Part shown: in pieces, positions 8,600 through 18,621 of the stretch
Numbering within the stretch: the stretch's first letter is position 1
Layout: each line of letters begins with the position of its first letter
Source: an uncultured Actinomycetes bacterium
GTDB lineage: Bacteria > Actinomycetota > UBA4738 > HRBIN12
Assembly (NCBI GenBank): GCA_963704885.1
Contig: CAVPIB010000007.1
Span: 160,001-224,000, forward strand
Direction: 5' to 3'
Length of the DNA: 64,000 nt
Notes under the pieces: model-generated
The model's database searches: none
The model's input: the letters and a program-made list of their open reading frames with translations, nothing else
Told to the model about the DNA's origin: nothing
Translations under genes and position numbers: made by a program

Positions 8600-9610
8600 A
8601 TGGCGTACAAACGGATCTTGTTCGGTACCGACGGCTCTGCGGCTGCCCGGGCAGCCGGGGCAGTGGCCGCTGCGCTCGCGAAGGCGGGTGCCGCGCAGCT
8701 GATCGTCGCGTGCGCGTTCGACCGGCCGACGGATGCTGAGCGAACGGTCGGCGCGGCCGTCGAGCACGCCAAGGTGGCCGGCGTTCGTCGGGTCACCAGC
8801 GAGATCCGTGCGGGAGTGCCGGCCGATGTGCTGATCGCGCTGGCGGAGGAACATGACGTGGGTTTGGTCGTCGTCTCCGGGGGCAGCGGTCAGAAGTTCG
8901 GCCTTGGGCAGGTGGCGCACAGATTGGCGGTCAGGTCTACGCGCGACGTACTGCTCGTGGCGGGATCGGCGTCGCCGGACGGTTCCGAAGAGCCGGTCTA
9001 CCGCAGGGTCGCGATCGCCACCGACGGATCATCCACGGCCGATCGCGCGGCGCGGAAGGGGTTCGAGCTGGCCGAGACGCTCGGCGCGCCCGTCACGATC
9101 GTCTTCGTGGGTCATCCGAAGACCGGTGAGCTGATCTCTCAGGACACGATCGCCACATACGCAGGCGAGATCCCAACGGAAGTGATGCTCCGTGAAGGGG
9201 ACCCGTCGGCGCAGATCCTGGCCGCGGCCGACGAGGTGAACGCAGGCGTGATCATCGTCGGCAACAAAGGGATGACCGGCGCCAAGGGTTTCCTCCTAGG
9301 CTCGGTCCCGCACGAGGTCAGCGAGCGCTCCACGCGCGACGTGCTGATCGCGCGCACGGTGACCCAGGTGGTGTCCGAGCTCGGCCGCGGCGAAGGCGGC
9401 ATCATCGAACGAGCGAGCGAGAAGCTCGCGGTGAGCGTCGACGAGCGGGGCGAGCTCCACGTGATGAGCGCGCGCTGCACTCACATGGGGTGTACCGTCG
9501 CCTGGAACCCCGGGGAGCACACCTTCGACTGTCCGTGTCACGGTTCGCGGTTCGCTCCGACCGGCGAGGTCGTCAATGGTCCCGCCGCGCGCCCGCTGCC
9601 TCCGGCCTGA
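8600..9610 (+). CDS. Tandem universal stress protein fused to a C-terminal Rieske [2Fe-2S] domain
   Basis: Two USP repeats (ILFGTDGS; VAIATDGS...VGNKGMTG..LLGSV), then CTHMGC...CPCHGSRF. Confidence 0.88.
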   Translation: MAYKRILFGTDGSAAARAAGAVAAALAKAGAAQLIVACAFDRPTDAERTVGAAVEHAKVAGVRRVTSEIRAGVPADVLIALAEEHDVGLVVVSGGSGQKFGLGQVAHRLAVRSTRDVLLVAGSASPDGSEEPVYRRVAIATDGSSTADRAARKGFELAETLGAPVTIVFVGHPKTGELISQDTIATYAGEIPTEVMLREGDPSAQILAAADEVNAGVIIVGNKGMTGAKGFLLGSVPHEVSERSTRDVLIARTVTQVVSELGRGEGGIIERASEKLAVSVDERGELHVMSARCTHMGCTVAWNPGEHTFDCPCHGSRFAPTGEVVNGPAARPLPPA

Positions 9611-9663
9611 CGCGCGCCGCCGGGAGAAGATACTCGTCCCGCAGTGCCCGCAGGTCGCGGACC

Positions 9664-10134
9664 TCAGAACGGCTTGAACATCATGAGGTAGAGGATCACG
9701 AGCAGGCCGATACCGCCGATCGCGGTGATCATGTGAGCGTCACCCGAACGCAGCAGTTGTTCCAGCTCTTCGTCTGATACGCGCGGGACCCCGCTCGGAC
9801 GGACCTCGCACGCCGCCGTGATCTTGCGGAAGTAAGGGGAGGCCAACCCGGACATCAGTCCGATCGTGGTGAGCAGGATCACGATCGAGGTCCAGAGCCA
9901 CCAGGCGGTGAACAGGTTCAGCGTGACCCCCGCCCCGATCCCGCCGATCGTGAGGACGCCGAGCGCGATGTACATGGGGCGGGTTGTCGTTCCACTGAAC
10001 GCGATCAGCCCGGCGATCCGCTGCCGGTCGTGCTCGCCGCGCACCTTGTACAGCACGAACAGCGAGATGCCGTGGGCGCCGACGAACGCCAGCACCCCCA
10101 CGATGTGTAAGAACAGCCACCACTGCCATGCCAC
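9664..10134 (-). CDS. DUF2269-like membrane protein
   Basis: LFLHIVG N-terminal helix, four TM segments, C-terminal LMMFKPF; start estimated at GTG 10134. Confidence 0.75.
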   Translation of the reverse strand: MAWQWWLFLHIVGVLAFVGAHGISLFVLYKVRGEHDRQRIAGLIAFSGTTTRPMYIALGVLTIGGIGAGVTLNLFTAWWLWTSIVILLTTIGLMSGLASPYFRKITAACEVRPSGVPRVSDEELEQLLRSGDAHMITAIGGIGLLVILYLMMFKPF

Positions 10135-10166
10135 GGCGTGGAAGATACCTGAGACGACGGGCCGCC

Positions 10167-10340
10167 TCAGCGAGTCTGCTGCCCGCGGTGGTGGTGGATC
10201 CGCAGGATGTGACCCTTGCGCCGGTCCCCCCGTCGTAGGTGCGAGCGGTTGGGGAGGACGCCCCACCGTTGCCCACGCGGGCGATCCGGGTCGTGGTACC
10301 CGAACCGGCGGATGAGCTCCGTAAGCGAGCGGGTCCTCAT
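10167..10340 (-). CDS. Small Arg/His-rich hypothetical protein (57 aa)
   Basis: GGAGGT RBS 7 nt before ATG 10340; fills the gap between two minus-strand genes. Confidence 0.5.
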   Translation of the reverse strand: MRTRSLTELIRRFGYHDPDRPRGQRWGVLPNRSHLRRGDRRKGHILRIHHHRGQQTR

Positions 10341-10419
10341 GAGCTTCACCTCCATCTTTGACGGTAGCCGACCCCGCGCGGCGCAGCCGGTGCCGGAGGT
10401 CCCTGCCATCTGGGGTCGC

Positions 10420-11268
10420 TCAGCCGCGTTCGAGCGGCCGCGTGAGACAGGTCGGTCCCCCGTCGCCCTTGCGGGAGATCTCATCACCTCGGTAGGACCG
10501 CACATCCACCCCGGCCGCCTCCATGCGTCGCCGGGTCTGCGGGTTGCCCTCCAACGCCAACGCGATCCGCGGCCCGAGCGCCAGGACGTTCGGGCCCATG
10601 GAATCGAATTCCTGATCTGGCACCTCGATCAGCCGGACGCCGCGATCTCTGAGTAGATCCAGCAGTCGAACCGGCATCATAGGCGGGTAGGCGACGGCCA
10701 GATCCACATCGAGCGGTGAGATGAACGACATCAGATGCAGGCACTCGTTGGGACCGTGGAAGTGCGGCAGGTCGAAGTCTACGACCGCCACATCGGGACC
10801 GAGCATCTCGCGGAGCTGGGTGATGCCGGCATCGTTCGTGCGATAGCCGCGACCCACCAGCAGCGTCGAGGCGTCGAGCCAGAACATGTCGCCCCCTTCG
10901 GCGATCCCGGGAGGGGTGAGGCGAGCCCTGATCGGGATCCCGGCGGCGGTTAGGTCGGCCTCGAAAGCGGCCGGCTCCCCGCGGCGCCCCTCCTTCCCGG
11001 GGCGCAGGGAGATGGCTCCCGCGTCGGTCATCAAGATGGGGTCGTAGGCGTAGATCGCGTCGGGATCGCCCACGGTAGGCGTCCGGCCGACGACCACCGT
11101 GGCGCCCGATCCCTCCAGCTGGGCACGGAACGCTGCGTGCTCGTCGGCGGCCCGGGCCGGGTCCGGGGCATCGTGCCAGCCGTAGGTCTTCCAGGCGAGC
11201 AGATCGTCTCGGTTGGGCTCGCGGACCAGCACGCGGGTGAGGGAGGACGTCTGATCTTGGATCGGCAC
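10420..11268 (-). CDS. Amidinotransferase / dimethylarginine dimethylaminohydrolase family protein
   Basis: DAIYAYD, EGGD, GYRTN, LHL, C-terminal GGPTCLTRPL with catalytic Cys. Confidence 0.9.
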   Translation of the reverse strand: MPIQDQTSSLTRVLVREPNRDDLLAWKTYGWHDAPDPARAADEHAAFRAQLEGSGATVVVGRTPTVGDPDAIYAYDPILMTDAGAISLRPGKEGRRGEPAAFEADLTAAGIPIRARLTPPGIAEGGDMFWLDASTLLVGRGYRTNDAGITQLREMLGPDVAVVDFDLPHFHGPNECLHLMSFISPLDVDLAVAYPPMMPVRLLDLLRDRGVRLIEVPDQEFDSMGPNVLALGPRIALALEGNPQTRRRMEAAGVDVRSYRGDEISRKGDGGPTCLTRPLERG

Positions 11269-11295
11269 GTCGACAGTATGGTCAACGCGGGGGCG

Positions 11296-11874
11296 TCACG
11301 GCTGCGGTTCGCGCTCTATCACGGGCGTAACCGGCAGTATCAGGATCGGGGCGGGATCCCGATCGACCACGATGGGCTCATCTCCCCGCACGCCCCGCCG
11401 CGCCACGCCGGGCCCCGGGAGGACGTCTCCCATCCCCGCGCTCGGACGCTGGTGCCCGGACGGAGCCGTCCGCACGGGGAGCTTCCTGATGGCGGCGGTC
11501 GTCGGCTCGGGGTCGGGGATCCCGCAGGCGAGCTGCACGGCGGGGCCGAGCTCCCGGAGTACCTCCGTCGGATCCACGGTCGCGTCACCGTTGATCGGGT
11601 GTACGTCCGGCGGCCAGACCAGGACGATCTTGGCTTCGGGCCGCATCTCACGGGCGATCACGATCGCCGTCGTACCGATGGCATCGTCCAACACCACGGC
11701 GTCGGGTCGATGGACCGAGAGCGCCTGAACGAGTTCTACGGTCGTCGCCGCATCGCTCAACACCAGGAAGCCCTCGCCCTCGAGGACGAATCGGAGCAAG
11801 CCTCGGCGCATCGGATGTCCTTCGCCGACGACCACGCCGATGCGCGGACGCTCAGGGATTGCGTCCCGTTCCAC
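11296..11874 (-). CDS. Atypical receiver-domain protein with Pro-rich tail
   Basis: VVVGEG..RRGLLRFVLEGEGF...HRPDAVVLDD; paralogous to the N-terminus of the next gene. Confidence 0.65.
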   Translation of the reverse strand: MERDAIPERPRIGVVVGEGHPMRRGLLRFVLEGEGFLVLSDAATTVELVQALSVHRPDAVVLDDAIGTTAIVIAREMRPEAKIVLVWPPDVHPINGDATVDPTEVLRELGPAVQLACGIPDPEPTTAAIRKLPVRTAPSGHQRPSAGMGDVLPGPGVARRGVRGDEPIVVDRDPAPILILPVTPVIEREPQP

Positions 11875-11989
11875 GGCTCGGAGCCTACTCCAGCGTCCCG
11901 GAACGGGCGACGGACCAAGGAACGAGTGGGTGGCCGGGGGACCTAGGGCGAACGGCGATCTCGCTGGTCAACGCGTTCACCGACGCGCA

Positions 11990-13138
11990 TCAGATCGGCG
12001 TGTGATGGATCAAGAAGCGTCCGCTGCCAGAGATCTTCACTACACCCTCGCTCCGTCCTACCAGGGACCCCTGGATGCGCAGTTGCACCCGGCCGTCCTC
12101 GACGGTGATGCGGATCGTGCCGTTGCCACGCACCCGAACCGCGCGCGAGGAGATGTCCTTCACCACGCCGTCACCGCGCACCTTCACGTCACCGTATGCG
12201 ATCAGATGGACGAGCCCGTCCAGACGGAGTCGGGTGTTACCTGTCGCCGCCAGGCGCAGCGTGCCGTCGGCCTGCATCCGAACCATACCCACGAAGGTGC
12301 CCGGCTGATCGGTGACGCCGCCAGTGCCGGTGTCCCCCCCATCGTCGGGGAGCTCGAACTCGCCCACCGTTCCGGAGATGCTCCGCAGGACCACGACTCG
12401 GTCGTTCAGCGCGACGGTGCCGAGAGCGATCGCCAACACGGCGACCAACACGGCGAGCACAGCGATGATCCCCCGAAGCCGGTGTCTGTCGGGACTCGTG
12501 TTCTGGCCGGAGGCGGAGTACGTCCAGGAGGGGGCCTCCAGGGGAGTCGGCTCCATCACGACGTCAGAGAGTGCCTCCGGCACAACGATGATGGGCACGT
12601 CCTCGACGCGCGGGGCCTCCACGGCCACGGTCGCCGTGGAGGGTTGCTCCTGGGGTGCGGCGCCCGTGGGGGAGGCGGCAGCCGTCGCGGCGCCCTTTCC
12701 GGCTGCGTCGCCCGCGAGGGATGTCTCCGGCTCCGGCTCCGGCACGACGATCACGTCGGGTACCGGCAACCTCGGCCTGAGGGGCGGGATCGATACCCCG
12801 CCGCGCCGAACCCGCTCCACCGTGGAGCCGAGCGAGGTCATGACCTCGGATGGCTCCAGCCTCGCGTCGGCCCCTATCGCTGCGACACCGCGTGGCCAGA
12901 CCAGGACCACCTTCGCCGAGGGCAGGACCTCGCGCATCATGCCCACGGCGCTCGCATCGATCCCGTCGTCCAGCACCACGACGTCGGGCCGGTGGACCGC
13001 CAGCTGCTGCGCGAGCTCGAGCGTGGACCGTGCCTCGGCTACCACGTCGTAGCCCTCGTTCTCGAGGACGAAACGAAGCAAGCCCTTCCTGGCCGATCGG
13101 CCTTCGCCGACCAACACGCGTACGCGGCGCTCGCTCAT
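11990..13138 (-). CDS. Atypical receiver domain + Pro/Ala linker + single TM + beta-rich C-terminal domain
   Basis: MSERRVRVLVGEG...HRPDVVVLDD; TM GIIAVLAVLVAVLAIALGTVAL; start set at ATG 13138. Confidence 0.65.
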   Translation of the reverse strand: MSERRVRVLVGEGRSARKGLLRFVLENEGYDVVAEARSTLELAQQLAVHRPDVVVLDDGIDASAVGMMREVLPSAKVVLVWPRGVAAIGADARLEPSEVMTSLGSTVERVRRGGVSIPPLRPRLPVPDVIVVPEPEPETSLAGDAAGKGAATAAASPTGAAPQEQPSTATVAVEAPRVEDVPIIVVPEALSDVVMEPTPLEAPSWTYSASGQNTSPDRHRLRGIIAVLAVLVAVLAIALGTVALNDRVVVLRSISGTVGEFELPDDGGDTGTGGVTDQPGTFVGMVRMQADGTLRLAATGNTRLRLDGLVHLIAYGDVKVRGDGVVKDISSRAVRVRGNGTIRITVEDGRVQLRIQGSLVGRSEGVVKISGSGRFLIHHTPI

Positions 13139-13234
13139 GTCCGTCGGCCAGCCTACTTCCGCGCCCCAGGCGGAACGACGGACGAAAGTCGCGAGGCACT
13201 GCCGAACGTCGGGGGTCGATAGACTGCCCCTGAC

Positions 13235-13642
13235 GTGGGAGAACAGCGATTGATCTGGAGCGGAACGGGGCTCCAGTTCGAAGGCGTCACCAGCTACGGT
13301 GAGCCCGTCCTCGTCGGCGGTGATGACGAAGGACCGGGAGCCAAGCCCTCGGACCTCATGCCGGTATCGCTGGCTGCCTGCACCGCCTACGACGTCGTCG
13401 TGATCCTCCGCAAGCAACGTCAGGACCTGCGTGGGCTGGAGGTCCAGATCACCACCGTTCAGGACCCCGATCCCCCGTGGACCTTCCGGTCCATCCATTG
13501 CCACTTCGTCCTGACGGGAGCGGTCGACCACGCCAAAGCGGGGCGGGCCATCGAGCTGGCCGAATCTAAGTACTGCGCCGTGGCGGCCACGCTTCGTTCG
13601 AGCGTCGAGATCTCGCACTCGCACGAAGTGGTTCTCGCCTGA
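13235..13642 (+). CDS. OsmC family protein
   Basis: PSDL..SLAACTAYDVVVIL and KYCAVAATL, the two conserved Cys. Confidence 0.9.
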   Translation: MGEQRLIWSGTGLQFEGVTSYGEPVLVGGDDEGPGAKPSDLMPVSLAACTAYDVVVILRKQRQDLRGLEVQITTVQDPDPPWTFRSIHCHFVLTGAVDHAKAGRAIELAESKYCAVAATLRSSVEISHSHEVVLA

Positions 13643-13694
13643 AGTGCCAGACCCACGACGGTAACGCAGTCGGTAGCCCCAGACGTCTGGCAGA

Positions 13695-16600
13695 ATGGCG
13701 GCCTTAGGCCATCGACGCAGAGGCTACGTGTCGAACGCGGCAGAACACGCAGAGGCGACAGACTCCACCACGCGCGCGGGCGACCGACGCGCCGCCCAAG
13801 CGACCTCCGAGGGCCGGCCCTCCCTGGCGCCGGTACTCGCGCTGATCGAGGAGCGAACCCCGGTCGAGCGGAGGGACGTCGTCACGGCGTTCGCCAAGGC
13901 ATACCTGCGAAGGCTGGGTGACGACGAGATAGACGCCGCTCCACCCGAGCAGTTCTTCGGCCTTATCCGATCAACGTTCGACTTCGTGGACTCCCGCGGG
14001 TCGCAGTCATCGGTGGTTCGCGTCTTCAACCCCGACCCCGCGACCGATGGGTTCGAATGCCCAACCACGGTGCTCGAATCGAACGTGGACGACTCGCCGT
14101 TCCTGGTGGACTCCGTGAGGGAGGAGCTGACGGCGCGCTCCATAGCCGTGCGCCGGGTACTTCACCCGGTGATCGGAACGTCTCGCGACGAGGACGGGCG
14201 GCTGGAGCGCATCTCGTCGGCGCGCGACGCCTCACGTCGAGAGTCCGTCATGCACTTCGAGCTCGACCGTCGCCTCGCCGGCGACGAGCGAGCCGACCTG
14301 CAGGATCGCGTCCAGACGATCTTGCGCGACGTGCATCTGGTCGTGCGCGACTTCGAGCCCATGCAGGATCGCGCGCACCACATGCTGGACATGGCGAGGC
14401 AGGCCGCCGTCCGTTACTCCCCTCAGGAGGTCGGCGAGACGGTGGACTTCCTGAACTGGCTGCTAGAGCTGAACTTCGTATTCCTGGGGTATCGCGACTA
14501 CGAGCTTGTGGACACACCGGATGGGCGTGCCATCCATGTGGTGCCCGGCAGCGGGCTGGGGATCCTGTCCGACGTGGGGCGGTCCACCTTCGCCGAGATG
14601 ACACCGCTCGATTCGTTGGAGCTCAGCCTGCGTCGTCGCATCGAGGATGGCGACCTGCTCGTCTTCTCCAAGACCAACGCCTACTCCACCGTGCACCGAC
14701 GGGCGCGGATGGACTACATCGGGGTTCGCCGTGTGAACGCGGAGGGCGAGATCGTGGGCGAGGCTCGGATGATCGGCCTGTTCACCTCGAAGGCCTACAT
14801 GGAGCCGGCTGCCAAGACCCCACTCCTGCACCACAAGCTGGAGCAGGTCCTCACCGCGGAAGACATGATCCCCGGATCGCACGACTACAAGGCCGCCACG
14901 GCCCTCTTCGAGTCCTTCCCGAAGGACGAACTGTTCCAGGCGTCGGCGAGTGAGCTCCGGAGGCTCATCACCGGGCTGCTGCAGCTCGAACGCCATGGTG
15001 GCATCCGCGTGTTGGTCCGTCGAGACCTGTACGGCAGGAGCGTCTCCATAGTGGTGGCGCTACCTCGCGACCGCTTCAACGCCGATCTGCGCAAGAGCCT
15101 CCAGAAGCTCTTCGTGGAGCGCTTCCATGGTTCGACGGTCGACTACCACTTGTCGCTGGGTGAAACCGAGAGCGCGAAGATCTTCTTCACCGTCCACGTC
15201 GATCCCGGCGTGCAGATCCCCGAAGTGCCTTACGAGACGCTCGAGGAGGAGGTCGAACGTCTCGCCCGCACATGGGACGACGATCTCCATGACGCTCTGG
15301 TCGATCGGGTCGGTGCCCAACGAGGCGCCGCTCTCGCCGAGGCGTACGCACCCCGCTTCCCCGACTACTTCAAGTCGAACCGGGACTGGACGCTGATCGT
15401 CGACGATGTGTTGTGCCTCGATGAGCTGGAGCGAGGTACGGAGGGGTTCCTGGTCGGGCTCGGCAACGAGTCCGCAGGCGAGCGCCTCACCCGCGTCAAG
15501 CTCTACAAGACGGGTGGCAAGGTCGACCTCTCGGCGTTCATGCCCATCCTGGAGGCGCTCGGCCTGCGCGTGGTCGAGGAGGTCCCTACCGGACTCCTGG
15601 GCGAAGGCAAGGCCTACATCCACGACTTCGGCGTGTTGGACTCCCGTGGCGCCGTGCTCGACCTGGAGCACAGCTCGGATCGGGTCGAAGAGTGCATCAG
15701 CGCGGTGTGGCGGGGCCGTGCCGAATCGGATCCCCTCAACCGGCTGGTGGTTTCCGGTGGCCTCACATGGAAGCAGGTGGGCGTCCTGCGGGCCTATCGC
15801 AAGTACCGCCAGCGCATCTCGCCGCAGTTCACCGAGGAGTATCGCAACGACGCGCTAGCCGAGAACGCGACGATAGCCGCCAAGCTCGTGTCCTACTTCG
15901 AGGCCCGATTCGACCCCGATCGCGGGTCGACCGAGGAGGAGCTCGAGGCGATCCGGCGTGACATCGTGAACGATCTCCGTCAGGTAACGTCGCTCGACCA
16001 GGACCAGATCCTGCGTCATATGCTCGGGACCATCCGGGCCACCGTTCGAACGAACGCCTACCTACCCGGTCGTTCGACCCTCTCGTTCAAGCTCCGGTCG
16101 GCCGAGGTGCCGGACATGGTCAAGCCGTTCCCGCTCTTCGAGATCTTCGTGTACTCCGCCGAGATGGAAGCGATCCACCTCCGTGGCGGCTCGGTCGCGC
16201 GAGGGGGCATCCGCTGGTCCGACCGTAGGGAGGACTATCGGACCGAGGTACTGGGTCTGATGAAGGCTCAGAAGGTGAAGAACGCGGTGATCGTGCCCGA
16301 CGGTTCTAAGGGCGGTTTCATCCTGAAGCGCAGCCCTGCCACGCCCGACCTGTTGAGGGCGGAAGTGACGAAGCAGTACATCGCCTTCATCCGGGGCCTG
16401 CTCGATATCACGGACAACCTCGAGCAGGGGAAGATCGTGCATCCCGATCGGGTCCGGGTCCTGGACGACGACGACCCCTACCTGGTGGTGGCTGCGGACA
16501 AAGGAACGGCGACGTTCTCCGACACAGCCAACAGCGTGTCGGCCGAGTACGGGTTCTGGTTGGGCGATGCCTTCGCGTCCGGCGGCAGCGCGGGGTTCGA

Positions 16601-18593
16601 CCACAAGGGATTGGGCATCACGGCCCGCGGCGCATGGGAGTCCGTGAAGCGGCACTTCCGCGAGCTGGGTATCGACGTCATGTCGACGCCGTTCGCCGTG
16701 ATCGGCATCGGTGACATGTCGGGCGACGTCTTCGGCAACGGGATGTTGCTCTCGCCGTTCATCAAGCTGGTCGCCGCGTTCGATCATCGGCACGTGTTCG
16801 TGGATCCAGATCCCGACGTGACGGTCAGTTTCGAGGAACGCCGCCGCCTGTTCGCCATGTCCGGCTCATCTTGGGACGACTACGACCGCACCAAGATCTC
16901 GCCCACGGGGGCGGTGTTCGACCGCAAGGCCAAGAGCGTCACCCCGTCGCCTCAGGTCCGCGCGGTCCTGGGCATCTCCGACGAGGCGCCGGAGGAGATG
17001 ACGCCGAACGAGCTCATCAAGGCGATCCTGAAGGCACCCGTCGACCTGCTCTGGAACGGCGGGATCGGTACGTATATGAAGTCCTCCGGGGAGTCGAACT
17101 CCGACGCCGGCGACCGCACCAACGACCGCGTCCGTGTCAACGGGAACGAGGTCCGGGCCCGGGTGGTGGGGGAGGGCGGCAACCTGGGGTGTACTCAGCT
17201 CGGCCGGATCGAATACGCCCTCTCGGGCGGCCGGATCAACACAGACTTCATCGACAACTCCGCCGGCGTCGACACATCCGACCACGAGGTGAACTGGAAG
17301 ATCCTCCTCGGTCTCGCCGTGAGCCGTGGCGAACTTACCTGGGAGGGACGCAACGAGCTGTTGGAAGCGTGCGCCGGCGACGTGGTCGCGCACGTCCTTT
17401 ACGACAACTACCTTCAGGCGCAGATCCTGTCGCAGGAGATGGAGTTCTCGGCTTCGCGGATCGACGCGTACGAGGGACTGATGCAGCAGCTGGTCGTCGA
17501 CGGCGAGCTGGAGCGAGACGTGGAGTTCCTGCCCACGTCCGAAGAGATGCTCGAGCGTCGAGCGAACAAGCAAGGGATGGTGCGGCCGGAGCTGGCGGTC
17601 CTGCTCGCGTACGCGAAGCGCTCGATAGTCAAGGCGCTGCTCGCGTCGGACCTGCCTGACTCCGAGTACCTGCAGCAGGATGATCTTCAACGCTATTTCC
17701 CCCCGGCGATCGTGGATCGGTTCGGCCACCTGATCGCCGAGCATCCGCTCAAGCGCGAGCTGGTTGCCACCATCGTCGCGAACGACGTCGTCAACTCGTC
17801 GGGCATCACCTTCGTGTCGCGCATGGTGCGGGAGACGGGCTCACGCCCGGCCGATGTCGTCCGCGCCTATCGGATCGCGCGGGACGTGACGGGGGCTGTT
17901 CAAAGGTGGGAAGCGATCGAGGCGCTTGACGTCTCGATCGCCCCGAACGTCCAGAGTGAGCTCATGAACGGGGTGGACTACCTGGTCGAGACGGCCTCGC
18001 GCTGGTACCTGGCCCAGTCCCACGGCCAGCGTCTTTGGGATGCGATCGCCGGCCAACGGACGTCGTTCGCTGAGCTCTCGTCCTTGATCGGACGTATCGG
18101 ACCCGACGCGTGGCGTGAAGAACACGAAGAGCGGGTCCAGGGGATGACGTCTGAGGGCGTTCCGGAGGAGATCGCGCGACGCCATGCGTTCCAAGGCGAG
18201 CTGGTACACGGCCCCGACATCATCGCGGTGGCCCACGCGACCGGCTGGGAGGTGCTCGAGGTCGCACGCGCGTTCTTCGTGGTGGGCGAACGGGTGGGTC
18301 TGGATTGGCTCGAGCATCAGCTGGAGGCCCTGCCGGTTGGCACGCACTGGCAGCGATGGGCCGCGCAGTCCATGGAGGACGATCTGTTCTTGGTCCGACG
18401 TCAGTTGGTCGAACGCGTGATCGCCGAGGGTCCGAAGGTCACGGTCGACGAAGCGACCACAGCGTTCTTCGCGCAGCGGGTCGAGGCGGAGGATCGACTC
18501 CAAGGGTTCATGCAGAACCTGTCGGTGGAAGGCGTGACCGACCTGACGCAGTTCACGGTTGCCCTGAGACAGATCCGCGCGCTCGCCGGCTAG
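13695..18593 (+). CDS. gdhB: Large NAD-specific glutamate dehydrogenase
   Basis: 1632 aa; ARGGIRWSDRREDYRTEVLGLMKAQKVKNAVIVP, DPYLVVAADKGTATFSD, GIGDMSGDVFGNGML. Confidence 0.96.
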   Translation: MAALGHRRRGYVSNAAEHAEATDSTTRAGDRRAAQATSEGRPSLAPVLALIEERTPVERRDVVTAFAKAYLRRLGDDEIDAAPPEQFFGLIRSTFDFVDSRGSQSSVVRVFNPDPATDGFECPTTVLESNVDDSPFLVDSVREELTARSIAVRRVLHPVIGTSRDEDGRLERISSARDASRRESVMHFELDRRLAGDERADLQDRVQTILRDVHLVVRDFEPMQDRAHHMLDMARQAAVRYSPQEVGETVDFLNWLLELNFVFLGYRDYELVDTPDGRAIHVVPGSGLGILSDVGRSTFAEMTPLDSLELSLRRRIEDGDLLVFSKTNAYSTVHRRARMDYIGVRRVNAEGEIVGEARMIGLFTSKAYMEPAAKTPLLHHKLEQVLTAEDMIPGSHDYKAATALFESFPKDELFQASASELRRLITGLLQLERHGGIRVLVRRDLYGRSVSIVVALPRDRFNADLRKSLQKLFVERFHGSTVDYHLSLGETESAKIFFTVHVDPGVQIPEVPYETLEEEVERLARTWDDDLHDALVDRVGAQRGAALAEAYAPRFPDYFKSNRDWTLIVDDVLCLDELERGTEGFLVGLGNESAGERLTRVKLYKTGGKVDLSAFMPILEALGLRVVEEVPTGLLGEGKAYIHDFGVLDSRGAVLDLEHSSDRVEECISAVWRGRAESDPLNRLVVSGGLTWKQVGVLRAYRKYRQRISPQFTEEYRNDALAENATIAAKLVSYFEARFDPDRGSTEEELEAIRRDIVNDLRQVTSLDQDQILRHMLGTIRATVRTNAYLPGRSTLSFKLRSAEVPDMVKPFPLFEIFVYSAEMEAIHLRGGSVARGGIRWSDRREDYRTEVLGLMKAQKVKNAVIVPDGSKGGFILKRSPATPDLLRAEVTKQYIAFIRGLLDITDNLEQGKIVHPDRVRVLDDDDPYLVVAADKGTATFSDTANSVSAEYGFWLGDAFASGGSAGFDHKGLGITARGAWESVKRHFRELGIDVMSTPFAVIGIGDMSGDVFGNGMLLSPFIKLVAAFDHRHVFVDPDPDVTVSFEERRRLFAMSGSSWDDYDRTKISPTGAVFDRKAKSVTPSPQVRAVLGISDEAPEEMTPNELIKAILKAPVDLLWNGGIGTYMKSSGESNSDAGDRTNDRVRVNGNEVRARVVGEGGNLGCTQLGRIEYALSGGRINTDFIDNSAGVDTSDHEVNWKILLGLAVSRGELTWEGRNELLEACAGDVVAHVLYDNYLQAQILSQEMEFSASRIDAYEGLMQQLVVDGELERDVEFLPTSEEMLERRANKQGMVRPELAVLLAYAKRSIVKALLASDLPDSEYLQQDDLQRYFPPAIVDRFGHLIAEHPLKRELVATIVANDVVNSSGITFVSRMVRETGSRPADVVRAYRIARDVTGAVQRWEAIEALDVSIAPNVQSELMNGVDYLVETASRWYLAQSHGQRLWDAIAGQRTSFAELSSLIGRIGPDAWREEHEERVQGMTSEGVPEEIARRHAFQGELVHGPDIIAVAHATGWEVLEVARAFFVVGERVGLDWLEHQLEALPVGTHWQRWAAQSMEDDLFLVRRQLVERVIAEGPKVTVDEATTAFFAQRVEAEDRLQGFMQNLSVEGVTDLTQFTVALRQIRALAG

Positions 18594-18621
18594 CGGCTAG
18601 GGAGCGACCGGCGACCGAGTC

